A stretch of DNA of 60,468 nucleotides, filler included, from Chiloscyllium plagiosum (lineage: Eukaryota), in assembly GCF_004010195.1 (NCBI RefSeq). It is 5 parts of 5 records of this genome, joined end to end, with 100 filler letters (N's around TTAATTAATTAA, not from the genome) between each part and the next. Parts side by side here need not be neighbours in the genome. Positions count along the whole stretch, not along the records: positions 31,834 to 53,249 come from NC_057734.1; 4 more parts are not named here. The stretch is one strand, 5' to 3'. Within the stretch, counting starts at the first letter, position 1, and every line of letters begins with the position of its first letter. Under the pieces are notes generated by a model, which had not been told where the DNA came from, searched no databases, and was given only the letters and a program-made list of their open reading frames with translations. Positions 37,346 to 50,432 of this stretch are shown here, in pieces. The translations under genes and the position numbers were made by a program.

Positions 37346-40238
37346 GGCGACTGGTCACTATAAGAGGGTCGAGTGTAAAGAAAGTTCATTTTCAGTGGTG
37401 TCTATTGGAGGTTCCAATTGGAAATGGGGTCCATTTTTACTCGTCTCTATTGGAGAGTCCAGTAGGAAGCTGACAATACTCAACGCTGTCCATGTGGGAG
37501 GAGGTTGATGTTTAGAGATCTCTGTTGAATAGTCAAATAGGAAGGAAACCATTCTTGTTTGGTCTACCCTGGAAAGTGAATGGGAATCTGATCTGTTTTG
37601 AAGGCTCCAGTCCGCAGGAGGTTCATGCTTACAGATCACTATTGGAAAGTCTGTTAGAACAGGGAAACCAGGATGGTTGTGGGGTTCATTTCTTTTCTCT
37701 GGTAACTGTGGTGATGGTCCAGATTTTATCCCGGTAAAACGCTCTGACTTGCAGTCTGATCACAGTAGCGAAACGTGAGGGAAAGGGACAGGAACATGTT
37801 GTGAATGGGCAGGATGGCTTAATGGGTCAGAGGCATTGTTTATACAGCTCAGACTGATGGCCTAATTATATCCCCCCTCTAGTATGACTTCATGTAAAGA
37901 GGGTTATATCTAAACCAATCCCCAGTCAACAGCACAAAACTGCCCTCCATTAGACAAAATCTGTCTGTCTTCCTGTGAGAGGCTGAAGCCTGGCCAGTGT
38001 GGCTAATGAAGCCGTTCTCCAGGAGACAACATGCTCCTGGAGTCAAGGGTCAACATCAGTACTAAATCAGAGCAGAGGGAGATTTACCTGGCAACAATGT
38101 GGGAAAGGGTGAGAGGGGGTTTGTGTGAGTGAGGGAGAGATTGTGTGTGTGAGAGAGAGGGGTGTGTGAGAGAGAGAGACAGAGACATAGAAAGAGAGAG
38201 AGAGAGTTGGATGTAGAGGGTGTTAACGCATGAGTGACAAATAAAGAGGGAGTGACAGAGAGGCAGATGATTGTCAACACATTTTCAGAAGGATGTGATT
38301 AGACTCGAGAGGTGGCAGAGAAAATTTATCATTATATTGCCTGGCCTGGACATTCTGACGTAAAGAGAATGGATTGGAAACGTTGTTTACTTTCCATGGA
38401 GCAGTGTACGTTCGGGGGAGATATGATGGAGCAGAATAAGATTATGTGAGGTAGAGATTGGGCGGGGTTGGAAGGCACTTTTTCCCATGCGTAGATTCAT
38501 GAAGGCATGGAGGTGTACAGCACTAAAGCAGGACCATTCGTTTCAACTCATCCTGCTGACCAGACATTCTAAATTACTCTACTCTAATTTGCTAGAATTT
38601 GGCTCATCGCCCTCTGAACCTTTCCAATTCATTGAACCATTCAGATGTCTTTAAAATACTGTAATTGTAACAGCATCCACCACTTCATCTGGCAGCTAAT
38701 TCCGCCAACGTACCAGACCTCTTGTTTTGGACACCTTTACCCTAGGGAAAAGACCATAGCTATTCACCCTATTCAAGCCCCTCATGATTTGAAATACTTC
38801 ATTCCAGTCACCCATTAGTGTCCAATGCTCTAAGGAGAGTAACCAAGTCTATTCAGAGGAGACGTGAATAGAAATGTCAATAAGCGGGGTCGAGATTGAT
38901 GGTAATACAGAAGAGGAAAGATAGAAACTACGAGAAGAAGTCGGCCATTAAGCCTCTTCTGCCTGTTCTGTCATTCAGTATGATCATGGCTGATCCTCTC
39001 TCTCACTGCCATGCTCCTGCTTTCTTCCCCAAACCCCATCCCCAAACCCGCCCCCCCCCCCCTCCCACCCGCCGCGATGGTGTTAAATTGTAAAAAAAAA
39101 CTCCCTCTGTTTCTTAAATATACTCAGTATCTTATCCTCCCACAACGTTTGTGGTAGAGAATTCCACAGGTTGACCACTTACTGACGAATGACTTTTCTA
39201 ACCTCCATCACCCTGTGACTGTGTCCCCTGGTTTCCTCTCTGTCTGGTTCTGGTATAACTTGACATGTTAAAATCAGAAGAGAGTTGAGGAGAAAAGTTT
39301 TCACCCAGAGTGTGCTGGGAGACTAAACGTCACTGTTTGAAACGGTCATAGATTCACAAACTCTCAGAATGTTGAAGTAGGATTTAGATATTCACTTGTG
39401 TTGCTGTCGCCTTCAGGGATATGGACCAAGAGCTGGAGAATGTGATTATTATAATCAACTATTGGTTAACGCACACAGATACACTGACCATGTTCACATC
39501 TATTACTGTCAAACCGAGAGATAGTGAGATAGATCGATGCACTTAGTGAGATTGACTGCGAGTGTGGGGAGACATTAAACTGTACGTGACTCAGTGGTAC
39601 GAGATTATAGAGAACAGTGAGAGAATGACACAAAGGTGGAAGGTGAGAGAGATAGAGTACGTCAGGAAGGGATTGAGGGCATAAAGACACAGGGCTGAAG
39701 AGCACGTAGAGAGATCGGTGAAGAAGGATGAGGGAGTGAGAAGCAGCGACAGAGGTAAATACAGATACAGAGAGAGACGGAGAGGGACTAACCAGCATTA
39801 CAATACAGAGTTATTGAGAGACAGACATGGAGAGAGACAGAGACAGGAAATAGCTTTGTCATTGGTAAAGGAGAGGTTTGTAACTGAAGACAGAAACTGA
39901 GACAGTAAATCGGTGTAAAATAGACTAATTAATTCAATGTCTCAAGCTTAACGCTTCAATTCCTTGAATCAAACTGCATTCATTCTTTCATTCAGAAAAT
40001 GAGACAGTAAATCGGTGTAAAATAGACTTAAATATAAATGGAGTGAGAGAGTGCAAGACTTGAAATGGAAACAAGGGAGAAGCGGATGTGCAAGAGGCTT
40101 ATGTGGCTCTCTCTGCTTGATACTATTTACATACTGAAGAACAGCCAGTGAGAATCTTACCGGCTGCAGCTTTATAAAACAGAGTGCACTGACGTGAGAG
40201 TTTATCAGGAACAAGGCACAGGGACAGGAGCACACACC

Positions 40239-40287
40239 ATGATTTCAAACGTTCAGCAGATCTGGCCTCTGGCATTGTTCATCACAG
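40239..40287 (+). CDS. IGKV: Ig kappa leader exon MISNVQQIWPLALFIT-G
   Basis: Homologous to the 30238 leader; ATTTACAT at 40125 and TATAAA at 40173 upstream; GT donor at 40288. Confidence 0.85.
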
Positions 40288-40474
40288 GTACAAATGTCTT
40301 GCCTTCCACCTTGAATCATTTGATGCTCTCTATTTCACTACAATCCCACTAATTTGTGATTGAAGGGAAAATGTTGTAACCAGAGGAATGCTCAGTGACT
40401 CCAATAATCTCTGATTTGACAGAGGCTTTCTGTGGCAATTCTGACTTCACTGTATTTTATATCTGACCCCTCAG

Positions 40475-40638
40475 GCATCAGCGGGGACATCATCATGAAC
40501 CAGTCTCCCCCGGTGCTGTTTGTGCGACTGGGCCAGACCGCAACTATCAATTGTACAGCCAGTCAAGATGTTAACAACGACGTCAATTGGTACCAGCAGC
40601 GAGAAGGTCAGAAACCCTCTCTTCTGATCAGCGATGCA
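40475..40638 (+). CDS. IGKV: Ig kappa V exon, 5' half (cut by the N gap)
   Basis: [51 protein letters not shown], open up to the gap. Confidence 0.9.
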
Positions 40639-43600
40639 NNNNNNNNNNNNNNNNNNNNNNNNNNNNNNNNNNNNNNNNNNNNNNNNNNNNNNNNNNNNNN
40701 NNNNNNNNNNNNNNNNNNNNNNNNNNNNNNNNNNNNNNNNNNNNNNNNNNNNNNNNNNNNNNNNNNNNNNNNNNNNNNNNNNNNNNNNNNNNNNNNNNNN
40801 NNNNNNNNNNNNNNNNNNNNNNNNNNNNNNNNNNNNNNNNNNNNNNNNNNNNNNNNNNNNNNNNNNNNNNNNNNNNNNNNNNNNNNNNNNNNNNNNNNNN
40901 NNNNNNNNNNNNNNNNNNNNNNNNNNNNNNNNNNNNNNNNNNNNNNNNNNNNNNNNNNNNNNNNNNNNNNNNNNNNNNNNNNNNNNNNNNNNNNNNNNNN
41001 NNNNNNNNNNNNNNNNNNNNNNNNNNNNNNNNNNNNNNNNNNNNNNNNNNNNNNNNNNNNNNNNNNNNNNNNNNNNNNNNNNNNNNNNNNNNNNNNNNNN
41101 NNNNNNNNNNNNNNNNNNNNNNNNNNNNNNNNNNNNNNACAACACAATACAAGATTATAGCCCAATAGGTTTATTTAGAAGTACCAACTTTGGAAGCGCT
41201 ATTCCGTCATCAGGTGATTCTTCATCATGGCTCTATGAACATGGATAATATTTCACCTCAGTTTCCTATGATAAAGCAAGAAGAAGTATAGACCTATCCA
41301 CCTTTATCATTCTAACTCTCTAGACTCGATAACATCCTGGTAAATCAATTTTTTATTATTTGTTTCATTTTGAAGACACTTTTCATATAGCAGTATTTAT
41401 ATGCAGAGTACTAATTTACCTTTAACAAAGCCTTGTACAGCTGTAACATGATATTGCAATTCCCCGCTATGCCCAGTGAAAGAAAGCGTGTTAAATACCT
41501 TTCACATCCCTCTACCTATGTGTGACACACCTCTAAACGAACCATTTATCTGCATATCTCGGTCTCTCTGTTCAACGATACTCCCCAGGGTCAGAGCATG
41601 TCTTACCAAAATGCAACTAACTTACCTAATTTTCCAGAAATTAAGCTCCACCTGTTATTTCTTGATCCGTTGGTACAGTTGATCAAGATGCTCATGTACC
41701 CTTCGACAACATCCTTCTTTATCCACTATATCTCCAATGAAGGGGTCAACCACAAATTGATTGAATATTCAAACTATGTTCTCATTCAAATAGTTCATAT
41801 AAATGATGCACCACAGTGGATCCAGGATTGTGCATTGCGTCAGACACAGGCTTCCAATCTTTAAGAACAACACTCCACAACCAGACGCTTCCTCCTACCA
41901 ACATTTTTTGGTATCGAAATGATTAGATCTCCATGAATCTCATGTGATCCAACTTTACTAATCAGTGTGTCATGGGGGAATGTTTCCAAGTCCACATGGA
42001 CAATATGTACCGATCTCCCTTCATCTCTCTATTGAGTCACTTCGTCAAAAACTCAATCGGCTACTGGTCACTATAAGAGAGTCTAGTGTAAAGAAAGTTC
42101 ATTTTCACTGGTGTCTATTTGAGGTTCCAATTGGAAATGGGGTCCATATTTACTGGTCTCTATTGGAGAGTCCAGTAGGAAGCTGGCAATACTCAACGCT
42201 GTCCATGTGGGAGGAGGTTGATGTTTAGAGGTCTCTGTTGAATAGTCAAATAGGAAGGAAACCATTCTTGTTTGGTCTACCCTGGAAAGTGAATGGGAAT
42301 CTGATCTGTTTTGAAGGCTCCAGTCCGCAGGAGGTTCATGTTTACAGATCACTATTGGAAAGTCTGTTAGAACAGGGAAACCATGATGGTTGTGGGGTTC
42401 ATTTCTTTTCTCTGGTAACTGTGGTGATGGTCCAGATTTTATCCCGGTAAAACGGTCTGACTTGCAGCCTGATCACAGTAGCAAAACGTGAGGGAAAGGG
42501 ACAGGAACATGTTGCGAATGGGCAGCATGGCTGAATGGGTCAGAGGCATTGTTTATACAGCTCAGACTGATGGCCTAATTATATCCCCCCTCTAGTATGA
42601 CTTCATGTAAAGAGGGCTATATCTAAACCAATCCCCAGTCAACAGCACAAAACTGCCCTCCATTCGACAAAATCTGTCTGTCTTCCTGCGAGAGGCTGAA
42701 GCCTGGCCAGTGTGGCTAATGAAGCCGTTCTCCAGGAGAAAACATGCTCCTGGAGTCAAGGGTCAACATCAGTACTAAATCAGAGCAGAGGGAGATTTAC
42801 CTGGCAACAATGTGGGAAAGGGTGAGAGGGGGTTTGTGTGAGTGAGGGAGAGATTGTGTGTGTGAGAGAGAGGGGTGTGTGAGAGAGAGAGACAGAGACA
42901 TAGAAAGAGAGAGAGAGAGTTGGATGTAGAGGGTGTTAACGCATGAGTGACAAATAAAGAGGGAGTGACAGAGAGGCAGATGATTGTCAACACATTTTCA
43001 GAAGGATGTGATTAGACTCGAGAGGTGGCAGAGAAAATTTATCATTATATTGCCTGGCCTGGACATTCTGACGTAAAGAGAATGGATTGGAAACGTTGTT
43101 TACTTTCCATGGAGCAGTGTACGTTCGGGGGAGATATGATGGAGCAGAATAAGATTATGTGAGGTAGAGATTGGGCGGGGTTGGAAGGCACTTTTTCCCA
43201 TGCGTAGATTCATGAAGGCATGGAGGTGTACAGCACTAAAGCAGGACCATTCGTTTCAACTCATCGTGCTGACCAGACATTCTAAATTACTCTACTCTAA
43301 TTTGCTAGAATTTGGCTCATCCCCCTCTGAACCTTTCCAATTCATTTAACCATTCAGATGTCTTTAAAATACTGTAATTGTAACAGCATCCACCACTTCA
43401 TCTGGCAGCTAATTCCGCCAACGAACCAGACCTCTCGCTTTGGACACCACTACCCTAGGGAAAAGACCATAGCTATTCACCCTATTCAGGCCCCTCATGA
43501 TTTGAAATACTTCATTACGGTCATCCATTAGTGTCCAATTCTCGAAGGAGAGTAACCAAGTCTATTCAGAGGAGACATGAATAGAAATGTCAATAACCGG

Positions 43601-44629
43601 GGTCGAGATTGATGGTAATACAGAAGAGGAAAGATAGAAACTACGAGAAGAAGTCGGCCATATAAGCCTCTTCTGCCGGTTCTGTCATTCAGTATGATCA
43701 TGGCTGATCCTCTCTCTCACTGCCATGCTCCTGCTTTCTTCCCCAAGTGTTAAACTGTTTAAAAAAACCTCCCTCTTTTTCTTAAATATACTCAGTATCT
43801 TATCCTCCACAACTTTTGTGGTAGAGAATTCCACAGGTTGACCACTTGCTGACGAATGATTTTTCTAACCTCCATCACCCTGTGACTGTGTCCCCTTGTT
43901 ATAGACTCGCCAAACAGGGGAAACCTCCTCTCTGCACCGAGTCTGTCTGGTTCTGGTATAACTTGACATGTTGAAATCAGAAGAGAGTTGAGGAGAAAGG
44001 TTTTCACCCAGAGTGTGCTGGGAGACTAAACTTCACTGCTTGAAACGTTCATAGATTCACAAACTCTCAGAATGTTGAAGTAGGATTTAGATATTCACTT
44101 GTGTTGCTGTCACCTTCAGGGATATGGACCAAGAGCTGGAGAATGTGATTATTATAATCAGCTATTTGTTAACGCACACAGATACACTGACGATGTTCAC
44201 ACCTATTAATGTCAAACCGAGAGATAGTGAGATAGATCGATGCACTTAGTGAGATTGACTGCGAGTGTGAGGAGACATTAAACTGTACGTGACTCAGTGG
44301 TACGAGACTATAGAGATCAGTGAGAGAATGACACAAAGTGGAAGGTGAGAGAGATAAGAGTAAGTCAGGAAGGGATTGAGGGCATAAAGACACAAGGCTG
44401 AAAAGCACGTAGAGAGATCGGTGAAGAAGGATAAGGGAGTGAGAAGCAGCGACAGAGGTAAATACAGATACAGAGAGAGACGGAGAGGGACTAACCAGCA
44501 TTACAATACAGAGATATTGAGAGACAGACATGGAGAGAGACAGAGACAGGAAATAGCTTTGTCATTGGTAAAGGAGAGATTTGTAACTGGAGACAGAAAA
44601 TGAGACAGTAAATCGGTGTAAAATAGACT

Positions 44630-45088
44630 CATTAATTCAATGTCTCAAGCTTAACGCATCAATTCCTTGAATCAAACTGCATTCATTCTTTCATTTTCTT
44701 AAAACTCCAGTCTTTCAATCAATCAATGAATTAAACGTTGTTCTTTGATTCCATGAAACAAACTTAACTCACGCATTTAATGAATTAAACTGCATTCATT
44801 TATTTAATGAATCTGATTTCAATCCTTCAATCGAAAGTTGAAGTCAATGAAACGAACAAAACTCATTCATTTAAGGAATCGAACAGCATTCATTCAAAGA
44901 AACAAAACTGAACGTGTTAATTCAAGATGGAGAGCTTGCCTCATTCATTCAATGTAATGAACCAAACTGCATTCATTCTTTCATTGAGTGAAACGGTATT
45001 CGTTCATTCAATTAAACTCTTGTATTTATTGTGTCAAACTGCATTCATTCCTTTAATGACACAAACTTCAATCGTTCATTCGATGTAT
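44630..45088 (+). repeat. CATT/TGAA-rich low-complexity insertion replacing promoter, leader and FR1 in copy 2
   Basis: Recurrent aaactgcattcatt, aatgaa and ttcaat motifs; its first ~65 bp also occur at 39928-39992. Confidence 0.8.
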
Positions 45089-45321
45089 CGACGTCAATTG
45101 GTACCAGCAGCGAGACGGTCAGAAACCCTCTCTTCTGATCAGCGATGCAAATTACCGATACACAGGCGTCCCTGAACGGTTCATCGGCAGTCAATTGGGA
45201 ATCAGTTTTACTTTGACAATCAGCAACGTTCAGGAAGAGGATGTCGCTGACTATTACTGTATGCAAGATTATAGCGTGCCTCAAGCACTTTCATTTGGTA
45301 AAGGAACCAAGATCCAACTCA
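45089..45321 (+). pseudogene. IGKV: In-frame pre-joined kappa VJ (3' half; this copy lacks leader and FR1)
   Basis: [77 protein letters not shown], no RSS, GTAAGT donor at 45322. Confidence 0.92.
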
Positions 45322-46399
45322 GTAAGTCAATCTCAATTCTCCGTTATTTAAAATCCTTTCAATACTGAAGCACAACTTCAAAAACACAAAAACAGAATTT
45401 CTGAATGTGTTATTCGGGAGCAGCAGTGAATAAATGGTTGATGAGGAGCATTGTGTCTAACAGAATGTCCAGCTCTGTTTCTTGCGTTCCATGCCCCCTT
45501 TAAGCAACAAAATCTAAATCAGTAAGTTTTACTCACAATGTGGAGGAGCTCTGTCTGCTAGCAGCCTGTGATCAAAATTCCTGCAGCATGGAGTGAAATC
45601 AGTGAGTTGTCTCCTGTAATTCTTAGTGTGACGGATCCAGGCAGAGTTCACTTTGAGCTCTGGCTCCCTGTGTGAGTCAGTAATTTCCCTAACTGCAACA
45701 GAAGCAGCGGAAACAGCAACAGTAGGAAAATCACAGTAAGGCATCGGCTCCCACATCCCCCTGCTTTAACTTTGCTCAAACACATAATCTTAAAACACAC
45801 GGAGGCCATTCGGTCCATCTGTTTGAATCGTCTCTCTGACTGACCAATACACTGATTGTCATTTTCCTGCCGTTACCATGCAAATTGTTCCCTTCCAAGC
45901 AACATTCTCATTCCCTTCTCAAAGTTTCAATTGAAGCTGTCATGATGGAAATGTGAGGAATGCACTAATGTCGCATTCCTCACATTAACATCTGTCTGGA
46001 AATGTTTTTCCTCATCTCACGTTTGCTTCTTTTATGTCTTACTTGCAATCCATGGCCTCTGTATCAGTTTTCCAAAAGTGAGAATCCATTTTTTCTGGTT
46101 TACTCTTTTCACACCTCCCCGGATTTTGATTTCCACTGCCTCTTCTGTATTACGAATTGAATTGAAATGGTTAGAAGTGTTCGATATTTGGAGGTGGTCC
46201 ATGAGACGTGATACTTTACTCTGGATTTCATTTGTCCTTTTCCGCTCTAATCCAAAACCTTGCGATATGGTGATCATTCATCCCTAAATGTCCTTTCACT
46301 GCCACTTAATCTACTTGGGTCTGCTCATTCCAACGACCCAGATCCACCAGACTACATCACAGCGTCTCTTCCTCTGTGGCGTGGACGCTTTTCAAGGCA

Positions 46400-48270
46400 T
46401 CTCTACTTATTTCCCGAAATTCCTTTGTTTTCATACCTTTCCCAACAGTAAATACTGATGCGAAATTTTTGCTTAGCAAAGCACTACCAACTATTTTAAA
46501 TAAAAATTCCACAATTTCAAAGTGTGACACATTAGGAGGTGATCCATGGAGTATGTTCTATGATCATGACTTTAATCTGTTCTATTCCATGGTCACCTTA
46601 AAGTTTCTCGTGCAATGATCACTCTGCCCTACATGTCTCTCACTAACACTTGATGTCATTAACCCTCCTAGTTCCTGAAATGCAGGTCCAGCGGAGCGAC
46701 CTTTCTCAACAGACACGAAACATACGTTTGGAGAAAGTCCACCTGCACAAATATCACAAATCTGGCCCTTCTATGCCATTTACATAGCGACTATCCTCGT
46801 CTATATTCGGAGAACTAAAGACCCCATAATAACGACTGTATCATGTTGCACATCTCTGTAAATTCCTTGTAGATTTCTTCCTTTCCATCCTTCACACAGA
46901 CCTATGGACTGCACAAAGCAATCTGATTGCATCTGTTTTGTTTCTTAATTAAATTCAAATCGATTATGTCCTTCATGCTCTGGGACATCCTCTTTCTACA
47001 GCTCTGCACTGATCTCCTTAATTTGTGCCACCACCCCTCACACTTTTTCCCCTTTCTTACATTTCGTGAACACGCTGTATTCGGGAGTATCTAATATTCG
47101 CTACTGCACTTCTTTGTTCCCAGTCTTTGTTAGAGCCCGAATATCAGATTTCTCTTTATAATCTGTGCCTGCAATTCGCCAGTCTTAGTTCCGACACTTC
47201 ATGCAGTCCCATAAATGAATAGACTAACTGATTTAGACTTTATTACCCTCCATCAATCTGGCCTTTCCAAAGAAGTTACTTTCCTCGTTCTGCTGCTATC
47301 CGTCTATCCTTTTTTTAAGCATTGACATTCCTCTCGGTTATAATCTTCTAGATCCCTTATATTCCCGCTAATTTCACATAAACCCTCTCCAACAACACTA
47401 GCAAATTAACCCACGTGGATATCAGTCCTTACTCTGTTCATGAGCAACCAGCCTGGTCTAACCCATTTGCTATCTCCCCAGAGGCAGAGCCAGTGTTCCA
47501 AGAACCTAATGCCCTCGTCCTGGATAATCTTTCTAGAGCCACATTCACCCGTTGTATCCTCGACTTCCGATTAACATTGCCGTTGAGCACTGGGAGTTAT
47601 CTGGAAATTCCAACTTTTGATTTCTTGATGCGAATACACTTCCAAACTATCTAAATTCTAACTGCAGGACCACATGTCTATTCTCCTTCTGTCACTGGGA
47701 CAGATGTGGACCATGATTGCCTGCCTTATTGCTGCTCCCATTCTCGCCTTAGGTTGTTTTAGGGCCTCTCAATGATTTGCTTCACCTTGTATCCAGGGAG
47801 TAAACACACCACTCTTGGTTCCCGTCTGATACTGCAGATATACCTATTGACTGCTTTCGCTCTCGAATCTTCTGTCACTATCGTCGTTTCGTCTTCCTTC
47901 GTCTCCCCCAGCTCTCCCCCATGGTGTCACTCGGTTGTTACTGCAATCCCCAGTTAAACGAGAGTCCTTATCTCGATTCCGAATTGTACACACGTGCTTC
48001 CTGTACTAACTACCTATTCATTTTGAACTGTCTGCTGCTCTGCTATTCCCTGTCTCCCTGCTAACTCTGAGGCTGTAGAGTGGTCACATCTAGAAACTTG
48101 CTCTCCGTGGAACTCCCCGCCTCATGGACGCTCCTCACTGACAGCAGTTGCTATTCAGCTCTGAAATCCGAATTCCAACGGCTGTCAGTGACCACATTTC
48201 CAATTCATATTGTTCTCCAGTAGCTGGGAACCATCGTAAAGTTCCCACATGGAATAGTGTGCGTAATGTC
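46400..48270 (-). mobile_element. Highly degenerate CR1 5'/central region in the kappa J-C intron
   Basis: Resembles the reverse complement of the CR1 ORF1-ORF2 region by eye; no intact ORF. Confidence 0.45.
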
Positions 48271-48417
48271 CACACATTGCTTATTTCTTGGCTGAGTTCT
48301 GACGAGAAACAGCTACAGTAGGGCTTTCTATTCAATGTTTTCAGTGTTCCAGCGTTGCCTAGGGTATTATAAGTTGTTTTCTTTGGGGGTCGCGTTCAGG
48401 TCGATATTTAAAAATCC

Positions 48418-48570
48418 CTTAACCAACATCACTAAAATTGCTCCATGACCTCATTGCTACTTGTGGGGTCTTGCAGTGTACAAACTAGCTGCCACTTGCT
48501 TACACTAAAACAGTGGCTGGTTTTGAAAGAAGTCTTTCACTGTCTGAAAATGTCTTTTGGAGAGCCAGAG
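48418..48570 (+). mobile_element. DeuSINE-like core remnant
   Basis: ccaacatcactaaaa...cattgctacttgtggggtcttgcagtgtacaaactagctgcc resembles the Deu domain. Confidence 0.5.
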
Positions 48571-48881
48571 GTGAGAAATACTCGATACTTGATCGTATGC
48601 ATTGTATGATTCTCTGATTCTCTGATTCCAATAAACCTCCCATATACAGTCTGCCCTTCGGTGATAAATCAGTCTCTTCTTCATGTTGAACAATACTTCG
48701 AGGAAGTATTGAAGGTTGTGAGGGCACAGAATGTACGCTGGGTGGGGGACTTCAGTGTCCTTTTGTTGTGTTTTATACATATTGGTTACAAACATTCAAT
48801 CCAACAGTCTTGCAATTTACTGTTCGGAGAATTGAAATACCTTTCAAACACAGGGACTAAAATTGCTTCTTTTTCTTGCAG

Positions 48882-49210
48882 GGCGTGAGAGGTCTCAGCC
48901 CAAGCTGATCCTGCTACCCCCCTCTCTGGAACAGGTCAAGGCCAAGAGTGCTGCCACTCTGATGTGCTTTGTCAATCATTTCTATCCCGCAGAGCTGAAA
49001 GTGCAGTGGAAGAAGAATGGTGCAATCATTTCGGACGGGGTTCAGACAAGCAACTACCTGCGAGCTTCAGACAGCACCTATAGCCTCAGCAGCCTGCTGA
49101 CACTTTCTCGTTCCGATTGGGAGTCCAATGTTCGCTTATCCTGTGACGTCACTCATGTGACCCTCTCCTCTCCCCTCAGCCGGAGCATCAGGAGATCAGA
49201 ATGTGTGTAG
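48882..49210 (+). CDS. IGKC: Ig kappa constant-region exon, intact
   Basis: (R)RERSQPKLILLPPS...LMCFVNHFYP..VQWKKNG..DSTYSLSSLLTLS..WES..SCDVTH..RSECV*; pyrimidine tract and AG acceptor at 48880-81; phase matches the J donors. Confidence 0.95.
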
Positions 49211-49247
49211 AGTGTTCGAGACAGTTCACACAGAAGGCACAACTTTA

Positions 49248-49253
49248 AATAAA
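49248..49253 (+). terminator. Polyadenylation signal of C-kappa
   Basis: AATAAA starting 38 bp after the stop codon. Confidence 0.65.
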
Positions 49254-50134
49254 ACAGGGCTGAGCTTACAGGACAAAGGCCATTGTCAGCATTGGGTTTT
49301 AACTCTCTTCCATCTCGGCACTGTCTCAGAGACACTTCTGAGTTTTAAGGGTTAAAAAAGGGCATTTGGGCAGTGTAGAGGAAGATTTACTCTGTATCTA
49401 ACCTTATGCAGTTTCTGCCCTAGGAGTGTTAGCTGGGGACGGTGTCAACTTCTGATGCGAAGTAACGTTCCTCAAAGATGTTGATGTCTGTCAGCTGCAG
49501 AAAAAACGATGTGTACCTCTGTAGGCTCTGGTTTAGTAAATTAGACCTCCTTCCCGCTCAGCCACTACTTCCAATTTAAGGTTTTGTCACTGTTTAAAGC
49601 GATAGGATTCTCATGTAATTAAGAAAATCTCCACCAGTGATTGCCTCATGCTCCGTTATAGCTGTGAATTCGTGCAACTTGCTTTACCTAGGCTCTTATT
49701 TGAGCCTTTTCTCTGTCAATGTTAATCTTCAAAATGGAATAAATTCGAAGAAGTTTGAAGTTGATGTCTCTTAGGTGAAGTGAAATTTGAAGCATAGTGT
49801 GTGAACTGAAAAGCTCAGCCCTCAAGGGGTCATTACACAATAGTCTGATGGTAATTCCCCTTTTCACCAAACCAGCCATTCAGCAGAACAACATCCCAAG
49901 CCTCAACTGTTTGAAGCCATAACCACAGGAACACTGTACTGATCAACGTGACCAGCACGATCTTGTTACCCAGAATATCAATTGAACAGGGTTTGGGTAA
50001 TAAATATTCCATAAGCTAGACTGAGGTTTTCTTTTCTCTTCGATTGTTTTCCCCGTGTGCTTCTGAGATCAGATTGGGTGTGTTCAGTTCATGGATTCTG
50101 GGAGTCACGGCTGGGAAGTACACTCAATGATCAA

Positions 50135-50432
50135 GGGTGGCACAGTGGTTAGCACTGTTGCCTCGCAGCGCCAGAGACCCGGGTTCAATTCCCGACTCAG
50201 GCGACTGACTGTGTGGAGTTTGCACGTTCTCCCCGTGTCTGCGTGGGTTTCCTCCGGGGGCTCCGGTTTCCTCCCACAGTCCAAAGATGTGCAAGTCAGG
50301 TGAATTGGCCATGTTAGGTAAAGGGGTAAATGTAGGGGTATGGGTGGGTTACACTTCGGCGGGTCGGTGTGGACTTGTTGGGCCGAAGGGCCTGTTTCCA
50401 CACTGTAAGTAATCTAATCTAATCTAATCTAA
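50135..50432 (+). mobile_element. HE1-type SINE (young)
   Basis: Intact A/B boxes, V-domain, (TAATC)n tail. Confidence 0.9.

Larger units (their letters stand above)
36633..45149 (+). repeat. ~4.5-kb direct duplication of the kappa upstream/V region (copy 1 ~36633-40638, copy 2 41139-45149)
   Basis: Paired ORF-track entries 37252/41965, 37525/42238, 38062/42775, 39718/44421; copies separated by a 500-N gap. Confidence 0.9.

Noticed and set aside
32640-42993. Identical 72-aa ORF in three copies
   Set aside because: Translation of GA/CT-rich repeat DNA inside recent segmental duplications, not evidence of coding conservation
10017-49210. A combined IgH + IgL super-locus, or splicing of piece-B V-J to the C-kappa at 48882
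   Set aside because: The parts are separated by synthetic spacers, so contiguity is not shown
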